A stretch of 64,000 nucleotides of DNA from Bacteroides sp. Lineage in GTDB: Bacteria > Bacteroidota > Bacteroidia > Bacteroidales > Bacteroidaceae. Shown here piece by piece: positions 29,984 through 37,454 of this stretch (its first letter is position 1; each line of letters begins with the position of its first letter). The notes below the pieces were generated by a model that saw only the letters and a list, made by a program, of their open reading frames with translations, was not told the origin of the DNA and searched no databases. A program made the translations under genes and the position numbers. The stretch covers positions 8,690 to 72,689 of the forward strand of contig JAFTTU010000050.1 in assembly GCA_017466635.1 (NCBI GenBank), given 5' to 3'.

Positions 29984-30826
29984 TTATGATTGGATTCTTA
30001 CAGTAACATTCATGCCTTCCATCAAGCCGACGTTTCCTTTCACCCGGGCACGAACCTGAATCAATCCCTTTTCATCTACCAAAGGGTTCATGCTACAGAT
30101 TTCCCCCTGTTGCACTCCTACCGTGGTAGCTTGCGGAACGATTTCTACCTTTTGTCCCATCTTGATGAGGTGAAGTTCGTTCTCCAACACCTGGAATTCC
30201 ACTTCCATGTTGCTTGTCTGGATGATACGGCAAAAAGGCTCACTGCTGCCTGCCATGTGATGAGGCTTGGCGGTGAGGTTGGCTATCACCCCATCGAAAG
30301 GAGCGACCAATGTAGCATTTTCTATTTCTCTCAAAGCATTTTCCTTCTGAAGAGCAGCTTGTTCGTAACCGCTCTTCACCTTGGCAAGTTTCATCATGTC
30401 GGCAGGTACCTTATCCAAATGGTCAGGGTCATATCCTTGCCCTATCAGAATATCCTGAAGTTCAAGTTTGGCTTGTTCAAGGCTGATTTCGGCTTGACGC
30501 AACTGGCTGTTCAAGGCAAACACTTCCAAATCCGCCAACTTCTGTCCCTTGCCTACTCTAGCCCCGTTCTTCACATAGACATGGGCTATCTGTTCTTGCG
30601 AACGGAAATACAGGTCGGTATAATTGGCTGCTTTTACTTTTCCGGTAGCGGTCAGGCTATTGCTTGGAAGTTCTTTCACTTCGGGCTTGACTTCAGACAC
30701 CACTTCTTCCTGCACATCAACCGGTGTAGTTACCGGCTCTTGCGAAGTGGTAGCTTGCTGACTATTGGTGCTGCATGATGTCATGACCAAGCACACAGTG
30801 GCTAATATAAGGTGTTTTCTTTTCAT
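29984..30826 (-). CDS. Efflux periplasmic adaptor (MFP) lipoprotein
   Basis: Lipobox VMTSC, V.NG..V.KGQ.LA lipoyl motif, alpha-hairpin, APFDGVI, beta-barrel. Confidence 0.85.
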   Translation of the reverse strand: MKRKHLILATVCLVMTSCSTNSQQATTSQEPVTTPVDVQEEVVSEVKPEVKELPSNSLTATGKVKAANYTDLYFRSQEQIAHVYVKNGARVGKGQKLADLEVFALNSQLRQAEISLEQAKLELQDILIGQGYDPDHLDKVPADMMKLAKVKSGYEQAALQKENALREIENATLVAPFDGVIANLTAKPHHMAGSSEPFCRIIQTSNMEVEFQVLENELHLIKMGQKVEIVPQATTVGVQQGEICSMNPLVDEKGLIQVRARVKGNVGLMEGMNVTVRIQS

Positions 30827-30843
30827 AGATTTATTTCTGATGA

Positions 30844-30880
30844 CAAAGGTAAACTTTTTTAGGAATAATCACTATCTTTG
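30844..30880. promoter_or_regulatory. Divergent Bacteroidetes -7 promoter elements (exporter operon and GNAT)
   Basis: TACCTTTG on the - strand at 30844-30851 and TATCTTTG on the + strand at 30873-30880, each ~20 nt from a start codon. Confidence 0.65.
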
Positions 30881-30900
30881 TGACAAAAAAAAACAAGAAC

Positions 30901-31800
30901 ATGGAAACAAATCGCTATACCATCCTTCCTCATACAGCCATCCACCGAGATACGGACGACCTGAATGTGGATTTCTACCTTGACTTGACAGGAGGAAAAC
31001 AAAGCATTGTCTTCGGTCATCCCGAGGATGGATACTTGTTCATTGCCCCGAAAGAGAAACGATGGGCAGTGCGCCATATCTATGTTCTTCCTCATCGTCG
31101 AAATCAAGGTCTTTCGCGTGCTTTGCTCGATGCTGCCGCCCTCTATTGCAAGGATCAGCGAGTGGATTTCATGGTATATCTCACGTACAACAATGATTAC
31201 ACCCACAGATTTCTCGACCGCTATGTACATGAGCGAGGAATGACACCGTGCGTCCCTACCCGACTCTTCATTTTCGAAGACCATAGCTTTTTCCAAAGCC
31301 CCGAATGGCAAAAGACGATGCAACGAATGCAACTCATGACCGAACGGTGGGAAGCCAAAGGAGCCGTAACTGCTCACTTCGATGAATGTCCTGACGAGGT
31401 ATTGGAAAACCTTAAGGCTCTATACTATGAGACAGATGAAGAAAACTATCAAGTGGCAAGCGACATCTGGCCGTTCATCCCCGACCGATACGAGCCGTTG
31501 AGCTTCATTACCTATAAAGAAAACGAACCGATGACTTTTGTCTTCAGTCAACGGTTCGGCAACAGTATTTTGTTTTCAGGCAACCTTGCCTTGAAAAAAT
31601 ATCAGCATAATGGCTGTTTCATCCTCCCTCTCTATCGCTTCATCCAAAGCATAGCAGAAGACACCAGCATAGAGCGCATGACTTGCAAGATAGTGGGTTC
31701 CAATCACGAGGCAGTTCAATTGGCAGAGAATCTATGGTCACAAGCCAAACCTCGCTTTGTGAAGATGCAGGTGTTCGCTCATTTCGTGGAAGAGGAGTAA
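30901..31800 (+). CDS. Tandem GNAT-fold acetyltransferase-like protein
   Basis: Motif A IYVLPHRRNQGLSRALL; second degenerate module LALKKYQHNG ... SNHEAVQL. Confidence 0.7.
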   Translation: METNRYTILPHTAIHRDTDDLNVDFYLDLTGGKQSIVFGHPEDGYLFIAPKEKRWAVRHIYVLPHRRNQGLSRALLDAAALYCKDQRVDFMVYLTYNNDYTHRFLDRYVHERGMTPCVPTRLFIFEDHSFFQSPEWQKTMQRMQLMTERWEAKGAVTAHFDECPDEVLENLKALYYETDEENYQVASDIWPFIPDRYEPLSFITYKENEPMTFVFSQRFGNSILFSGNLALKKYQHNGCFILPLYRFIQSIAEDTSIERMTCKIVGSNHEAVQLAENLWSQAKPRFVKMQVFAHFVEEE

Positions 31801-31854
31801 TCAATAGCCGACTCTTCCTTCCCCTTCACACTTACCGGTGGCTTCGTTCCATGT
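31801..31854 (-). pseudogene. Remnant of an eighth Cys-rich precursor (C-terminal fragment only)
   Basis: Hand translation TWNEATGKCEGEGRVGY* matches the W-x6-C tail of the precursor family; no leader upstream, in-frame stop at 31921-31923. Confidence 0.7.
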
Positions 31855-31910
31855 GAAATCACTAAAACATTTTGCTGCCCCTAAATTGACGCAGAACCAA
31901 CAAAGGCTGC

Positions 31911-31990
31911 AAAACAAGCTTCACAAGTTTCACCGGCATATAACTATCCGTGTCTCAATATCCCCGTGTAAAACTTGCGAAACCTGTTTT
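31911..31990 (-). repeat. 23-bp imperfect inverted repeat
   Basis: 31911-31933 vs 31968-31990; all 4 mismatches are G-U compatible on the minus strand. Confidence 0.65.
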
Positions 31991-32014
31991 TATACTTAAT
32001 TCGAAATTACGAAG

Positions 32015-32200
32015 CTATCTGTCTTTATAACAACGTCCAGCCGACCATACACATCCGTCCTCATGTTTTTTGCACTCGTCTTTCTCCTTAATGCCCGGAC
32101 ACGCACCATTATCCCCAGTAGCCGGCCTCATGCCTCCTGACACTTTCAGCAACTCGTCTTCGGTCAAGGCTTTCTTCTTTTTAATATCTTCCTTTTTCAT
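32015..32200 (-). CDS. Double-glycine-leader Cys-rich precursor P1
   Basis: Leader ...LTEDELLKVSGG; core C-x8-C-x6-CVW-x4-C. Confidence 0.88.
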   Translation of the reverse strand: MKKEDIKKKKALTEDELLKVSGGMRPATGDNGACPGIKEKDECKKHEDGCVWSAGRCYKDR

Positions 32201-32220
32201 CCTATACTTCATTTAAAGTT

Positions 32221-32433
32221 TTACGTAGAAATTTGTTTTCCGGCTGTAGCCGGTTTATCCTTACAAGTCGAGGTAGCCTCGTCCCACACACATGTGCCAT
32301 CCCATCCCTCGCAGTTCTTCTGCTTCTTGAATGTGCTACAGGGCAGGTCAGGTAACTGGCCATGACCTCCACTCACCTTCAGTAGTTCTTCATCGGAAAG
32401 AGATTTTTTCCTATTGTTTCGTTCATCTTTCAT
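32221..32433 (-). CDS. Double-glycine-leader Cys-rich precursor P2
   Basis: Leader ...LSDEELLKVSGG; core C-x8-C-x6-CVW-x6-C; TACATTTG upstream (32464-32471). Confidence 0.9.
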   Translation of the reverse strand: MKDERNNRKKSLSDEELLKVSGGHGQLPDLPCSTFKKQKNCEGWDGTCVWDEATSTCKDKPATAGKQIST

Positions 32434-32573
32434 AACCATACATTTTCAAGATTAACAATGAGACAAATGTAGGCAATAAATATAAACAAAACAACATTTA
32501 TTCAATTTTTTTCATATATTTGCAAAAGAACGTTTTTGATATTATTGTTGAAAAACTTATCATACGAATGCCT

Positions 32574-33866
32574 ATGTTAACCAAATTGTTCGGGTTCAAT
32601 CCCAAAGAAACGACCATCCGCACGGAAATCTTTGCGGGTATTACGACTTTCCTCACCATGTCGTACATCTTGGCGGTCAATCCAGCCATGTTCAGTGTGC
32701 TCGACGGTATGCCTGCCGGAGCTGCCTTTACTGCTACCGCCTTGGCTGCTGTCATCGGTACGCTCACCATGGCTTTTTGGGCCAAACTTCCTTTCGGTCT
32801 TGCTCCCGGTATGGGACTGAATGCCTTCTTTGTCTATACGGTTTGTCTGGGGATGGGTTATCCTTGGCAATTCGCACTTACCGCCGTACTGATTGAGGGC
32901 TTAATCTTCATCCTGCTTACGGTGACGAAAATGCGCGAAGCCATCGTCAATGCCATTCCGCTCAACCTGCGTTATGCCATCGGTGCAGGTATCGGTTTAT
33001 TCATTGCCTTCATCGGTTTACAGAATGCCGGAGTAGTGGTCAATAGTGATGCTACCCTGATTGTATTGGGTGATATCACAACCGGGCCTGCTTTGCTAGC
33101 CATGGTGGGACTTATCATCACGGGATTCCTCTATGCCAAGAACGTGCCAGGTGCCATGCTTATCGGCATCATGGCGACAACACTCATTGGCATCCCGATG
33201 GGGATCACTGAATTCAAGGGAGTATTCTCACAACCTCAATCCATTGCGGACATTTTCTGTCAATTCCAGTGGGATAATATCTTTACGATGGATATGCTGA
33301 TAGTGGTATTCACCATGTTGTTCATGGACTTGTTCGATACGGTAGGTTCGCTAGTCGGGGTATGTACCAAATCGGGGATGATTAACAAGGATGGTAGCAT
33401 CAGCCGTATCAACGAGGCATTTATGGCAGATGCCATTGCCACTACGGCAGGGGCTTGTCTAGGTACTTGTACCACGACGACTTACGTAGAAAGCGCTTCA
33501 GGAGTGGCTATCGGTGGACGTTCGGGACTCACCGCCTTTGTGGTGGTTTGTTGCTTCATCATTTCCTTGTTTCTGTCACCACTCTTCCTGTCCATCCCAT
33601 CGGCAGCTACAGCACCGGTACTGATTATTGTCGGTCTGTTCATGTTGGAGCCTGTGCGTCGGATTGACTTCAGCGACTATACGGAATCCATTCCTGCCTT
33701 TGTGTGTATCATTACCATTCCGTTGGCTTACTCCATCTCCGATGGTATTCTGCTCAGCGTCATCTGTTATGTGCTGATGAATGTGCTTTGCGGGAATTTC
33801 AAGAAACTCACTCCGGCCATGTATATTCTGGCGGTGCTGTTCATCCTGAAGTATTTGTTTATTTGA
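32574..33866 (+). CDS. NCS2/AzgA family nucleobase (purine) permease, accessory copy
   Basis: AGITTFLTMSYILAVNP, APGMGLNAFF, YVESASGV..GGRSGLTA; likely start 32574. Confidence 0.92.
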   Translation: MLTKLFGFNPKETTIRTEIFAGITTFLTMSYILAVNPAMFSVLDGMPAGAAFTATALAAVIGTLTMAFWAKLPFGLAPGMGLNAFFVYTVCLGMGYPWQFALTAVLIEGLIFILLTVTKMREAIVNAIPLNLRYAIGAGIGLFIAFIGLQNAGVVVNSDATLIVLGDITTGPALLAMVGLIITGFLYAKNVPGAMLIGIMATTLIGIPMGITEFKGVFSQPQSIADIFCQFQWDNIFTMDMLIVVFTMLFMDLFDTVGSLVGVCTKSGMINKDGSISRINEAFMADAIATTAGACLGTCTTTTYVESASGVAIGGRSGLTAFVVVCCFIISLFLSPLFLSIPSAATAPVLIIVGLFMLEPVRRIDFSDYTESIPAFVCIITIPLAYSISDGILLSVICYVLMNVLCGNFKKLTPAMYILAVLFILKYLFI

Positions 33867-33874
33867 TAGCAAAA

Positions 33875-33910
33875 TGTCCTGTCCTCCTTCCGAGGAAGGA
33901 GGACAGGACA
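33875..33910. terminator. Strong hairpin between convergent NCS2 permease and P3
   Basis: tgtcctgtcctccttcc / ggaaggaggacaggaca 17-bp perfect inverted repeat. Confidence 0.75.
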
Positions 33911-33924
33911 AACGTTAAAGAGAT

Positions 33925-34119
33925 TCAATAGGTTATCTTTTTATCACCTATACATTTTTCAGTTTCCTTGTTCCACTCGCATCCAAAATTCTCGCATGCT
34001 TCCTGATTCTTCTTATTCTTACATGTAATGGTTATACCAAAATCACCATTACCACCCGTTACTTCCAGCAATTCGTCTTCGGAAAGCACTTTTTTCTTGT
34101 TTGAATTTTCTTTTTTCAT
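33925..34119 (-). CDS. Double-glycine-leader Cys-rich precursor P3
   Basis: Leader ...LSEDELLEVTGG; core C-x8-C-x4-CEW-x6-C. Confidence 0.9.
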   Translation of the reverse strand: MKKENSNKKKVLSEDELLEVTGGNGDFGITITCKNKKNQEACENFGCEWNKETEKCIGDKKITY

Positions 34120-34152
34120 AATCGTACCTGATTAAAATTTTCACGCAGCCAT

Positions 34153-34353
34153 CTACTTGCTGACTGACATTTCTTTTGCCATACAGGTTGAAGTTACCGT
34201 ATCCCATTCACATTCATCACCTCTATTCTCACAATTCTTTTGCTTCTTGACATCCTTACATGGAGGCATCGGACACATGCCATGTCCACCACTTACCTTC
34301 AACAATTCGTCTTCTGAAAGGGCTTTCCTCTTGTTCATCTTATTGTCGTTCAT
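34153..34353 (-). CDS. Double-glycine-leader Cys-rich precursor P4
   Basis: Leader ...LSEDELLKVSGG; core has an extra fifth Cys, then C-x8-C-x6-CEW-x6-C. Confidence 0.9.
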   Translation of the reverse strand: MNDNKMNKRKALSEDELLKVSGGHGMCPMPPCKDVKKQKNCENRGDECEWDTVTSTCMAKEMSVSK

Positions 34354-34370
34354 AAATCTTATGGTTTAAA

Positions 34371-34580
34371 TTACTTTTCCACACACTTTCCGGAAGTACC
34401 ATCCCACTTACACTTATCAAAATCCATGAAAGTACATTGCTTTTTCTTCTTCCGTTCATGACAAGCCTGCACATCACTTTCCGTCAGCGGAGCTCCACTT
34501 CCCAAATCATCCCCTCCCGTCACTTTCAGCAATTCTTCTTCGGAAAGGAGTTTCTTCTTGTTGGACTGATTTTCTTCCAT
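34371..34580 (-). CDS. Double-glycine-leader Cys-rich precursor P5
   Basis: Leader ...LSEEELLKVTGG; core C-x8-C-x7-CKW-x6-C; TATATTTG upstream (34611-34618). Confidence 0.9.
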   Translation of the reverse strand: MEENQSNKKKLLSEEELLKVTGGDDLGSGAPLTESDVQACHERKKKKQCTFMDFDKCKWDGTSGKCVEK

Positions 34581-34737
34581 AATTCAGATTAGATTAAATC
34601 GTTGAATGCACAAATATAGTCTTTTTTTGAGAAAAAGACTATATTATTTGGTTAATTTTTCTCACACCAATCAATATATAATAGCTTGTCATAGAAACTC
34701 CCTATCCAGTATAAAAAAAACAAATCCTGCTTTCAGC

Positions 34738-34810
34738 CTTCAGACCTTTTGATTGTGAATGAGTTGTGCTGAAGGCAAGGTGGTTTCTGCCTTCAGTATG
34801 GCTTCATTAC
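34738..34810 (+). repeat. 73-bp repeat, copy 1 (inverted relative to 41121-41193)
   Basis: Ungapped hand alignment, 64/73 identical; internal ctgaaggca/tgccttcag hairpin. Confidence 0.85.
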
Positions 34811-34923
34811 ACATGTATAATTTTATGTCAAGCTCTTACTCAAGGAAAATAAACGGAATAATTGCTGTTTTCTAAAAAAAAGGCTACATTTGCGCATTCA
34901 TGTATTCAATATAATATATAGGT

Positions 34924-35151
34924 ATGAAAGAGAATCAATCGAGCAAAAAGAAAACCTTGTCCGAAGACGAATTGTTGAATGTAACGGGTGGTGATATGAT
35001 GGGTATGAGACTGCCTGATTTCGGTCCGGTGCCTTGTAGCAGATCCAAGAAAGAAAAAAGCTGTAAGAAGAATGAACATTGTGAATGGAATACAGCATCT
35101 TCGTCTTGTCAGGAAAAGCCCGAGGCTACCGGTAAGCAAATGGCAACGTAA
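34924..35151 (+). CDS. Double-glycine-leader Cys-rich precursor P6
   Basis: Leader ...LSEDELLNVTGG; core C-x8-C-x5-CEW-x6-C; TACATTTG at 34885-34892. Confidence 0.9.
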   Translation: MKENQSSKKKTLSEDELLNVTGGDMMGMRLPDFGPVPCSRSKKEKSCKKNEHCEWNTASSSCQEKPEATGKQMAT

Positions 35152-35186
35152 TATTTGTAGAAGCTAATGGCTATCTTCAAATAGTA

Positions 35187-36614
35187 ATGAAAAATTTCTT
35201 CTACATATTGAAAACCTTGGACGTGAAGTGCAGCTTCGACTATACCCGTGACCTGTTCTTAGCACAAGAAAAGAACCATTCGTTGTGGGGTATCAAGAAG
35301 CTGTTGGAGCACTATGGCGTAAAAGTAACTCCCATCCTGTCCGAAGCGAAATCCATAGATGCTTTGGATTATCCGTTTGTGTGTCAAACGAAGGAAGGAA
35401 TGACGGCATTCACTCGTCCTCCGAAAGACATACCTGCTTTTCTCGAACAATGGGACGGTTATGCCTTGCTTTGCGATGCCTCCCATGCCAAGGAACCTCA
35501 TTATGTCTGGCACAAGTTGAAGGAATGTTTTGTGTATGGCTTACCATGGGCTACATTGGCAGGTGTCGTGCTTACCTCGCTTTGCTTCTTATGGGAGCCG
35601 TTCAGCCTTTCCCGATTGTTGCTTGTCCTGTTCAATGCTATGGGCTTCTATTTCAGTTACCGCTCGGCTGTGGGCGAGTGTGCTGGTAGTTGTAGCGTGG
35701 TGACAGAATCACCGGCCGGCAAGCTTTTCGGTTATAGTTTGAGTGTGATAGGCGTGGCATATTTCGGTGTGTCGTTACTACCCACCTTGTTCATTCCTGC
35801 ATGGATGCACGTGTGGAATTGGATAGCCATCGTTGCATTGCTGATGCCTGTATGGAGCATTGCCCATCAGGCATTCGTACTTCATGCCTGGTGCAAGAAT
35901 TGCATGGTGGTACAGCTGATGGTCATTTTGTCAGCTATCGTAGTCATGACCGGGGACTTCTGCTCATGGGAAACCTTTTCGGTGCAATCTCTTGTTGCCT
36001 TGCCTTCATTCTATCTGTTGGCCGTTTATTTGTTGGACATGGCTTTCAATCATTATAAGATTGTCCAGCACCCCCCAATGGACGGTACAGTACTCCGGTT
36101 GATGCACAATCCCGTGCTTCGCGAAGAAATCCTCCGTTCGGGCAAAAAGGTCGATGCGTCCGAAGTGCCTGATGTGTGGGTGATGAATCCGGAAGGAAAA
36201 GAGGAATTGTTCCTCGCCATCAGCTTGCATTGTGTCCATTGCAAGGAACAGTTCTTCAAGCTTTATAAGGCGATGGAGAAAGGGGAACTGAAAATGTACC
36301 GCATTCGCATAGCCATCAGTCCTTCGCCTCAAGCTGCCAAGGTAATAGAGGCATTGGCAGCTACAGCCATACACGAAAGCATGGAAAAAGCCATCCGCCT
36401 ATTGGCCGAATGGTATGAAACGCAAAACCGCAAGCTGTTCCTTATGTCGGTCAAGAAGAACTTACCGATGGAGGGAGTGAAGGAAGTGTTGGACAGTATG
36501 AACAAGGCGGTAGAACGTTTGGACATAAACGGATTGCCAGCTATGTCGTTGGGCGGTTATGAAATAACCCCTACCATTTTCTGGGCAAAGGTAGAATGGG
36601 ATAGCTTGTCATAA
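35187..36614 (+). CDS. Fusion of inactive C39-like domain, VKOR domain and thioredoxin/DsbA-like domain
   Basis: SLWGIKKLLEHYGV and F.EQWDGYALL (C39-like scaffold without catalytic motif); VKOR ECAGSCSVVTES and WCKNC; Trx CVHC and INGLP. Confidence 0.82.
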   Translation: MKNFFYILKTLDVKCSFDYTRDLFLAQEKNHSLWGIKKLLEHYGVKVTPILSEAKSIDALDYPFVCQTKEGMTAFTRPPKDIPAFLEQWDGYALLCDASHAKEPHYVWHKLKECFVYGLPWATLAGVVLTSLCFLWEPFSLSRLLLVLFNAMGFYFSYRSAVGECAGSCSVVTESPAGKLFGYSLSVIGVAYFGVSLLPTLFIPAWMHVWNWIAIVALLMPVWSIAHQAFVLHAWCKNCMVVQLMVILSAIVVMTGDFCSWETFSVQSLVALPSFYLLAVYLLDMAFNHYKIVQHPPMDGTVLRLMHNPVLREEILRSGKKVDASEVPDVWVMNPEGKEELFLAISLHCVHCKEQFFKLYKAMEKGELKMYRIRIAISPSPQAAKVIEALAATAIHESMEKAIRLLAEWYETQNRKLFLMSVKKNLPMEGVKEVLDSMNKAVERLDINGLPAMSLGGYEITPTIFWAKVEWDSLS

Positions 36615-36621
36615 TCCCTTT

Positions 36622-37236
36622 TTACTCTTGAACAAGCCGATAGAATACATGTGGAACTCTTCCTTCGCGCTTGATTTTCTCCTCCATATACCATTGGCGG
36701 AGTTCAGCGGAAGCCTTGTTTTTCAGCAAGCCGGTTAGCTCGGCATATTTCTTGCAGGTAATGAAACCGTTTTCCTTCAAATGAGCAATCAATAGTTGGA
36801 AGCGCTCTTCCGGTGTGTATTCATCGGATGAAGTCTGGAATGCACGATGAGGCTCCACTCTTTCCAATTTCATTTGCATGCCTATCTTTTTCCGCAAGGT
36901 CTTGCTTGCCTTGAAGTTCACATTGTTGAAACGGATGGACTTGGAGCGTATTTCGTCCTTTTCTTTCACCTTTCGGCTGGTGAGGCTAGCCGAGAAAGTT
37001 CCGATTTCGCCCAACTTCACGTGATACCCTTCTGCAAGATACTCCGCTATGGTATCTTCCAGAAACATGACAACTCCCTGTACGATGGCAGGATTGAACC
37101 CCGTATGATGCGAAGCCCGCTCCATCAAATCCTTCATGGTCTTGGTACCCGAAATCACCAATTGAGGATAAAGTTCCTGCTCTCCCTCCTTGCCCTGCAA
37201 GTTGGGCAACACTCTGAGGTCATACTTTGCTTTCAT
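36622..37236 (-). CDS. Bacteroidetes HU-related DNA-binding protein with C-terminal winged-helix-like domain
   Basis: L.EGYHVKLGEIGTFS and VNFKAS HU-like motifs; GFIT...YAELTGL...A..EL helix-turn-helix tail. Confidence 0.8.
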   Translation of the reverse strand: MKAKYDLRVLPNLQGKEGEQELYPQLVISGTKTMKDLMERASHHTGFNPAIVQGVVMFLEDTIAEYLAEGYHVKLGEIGTFSASLTSRKVKEKDEIRSKSIRFNNVNFKASKTLRKKIGMQMKLERVEPHRAFQTSSDEYTPEERFQLLIAHLKENGFITCKKYAELTGLLKNKASAELRQWYMEEKIKREGRVPHVFYRLVQE

Positions 37237-37454
37237 TTTCTTCTTGTTGGTTAAGCTTGGAATTATACTTCCCTAAGGTTATGTTTATCGGATTATATCT
37301 ATTTCCCATACCTTGTGATATTCTTACTGTTGCTTGGTATTTATATATCATATTATGAAATGTAAATCCTAAATCTTGGGATATACTTATACATGCATAC
37401 AAAAATACTCATAATATGGGAAATACAAGCTTAATGAATGAAAATAGCAGAGGA

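Noticed and set aside
31801-31917. Cys-rich TTG-started 38-codon ORF including the remnant as an intact peptide gene
   Set aside because: The upstream part lacks the leader and family spacing and looks like chance read-through into unrelated sequence
37220-37402. 60-aa ORF between P7 and the HU-like gene as another precursor
   Set aside because: No ELLxVxGG leader or Cys scaffold; overlaps the HU-like start in an AT-rich spacer
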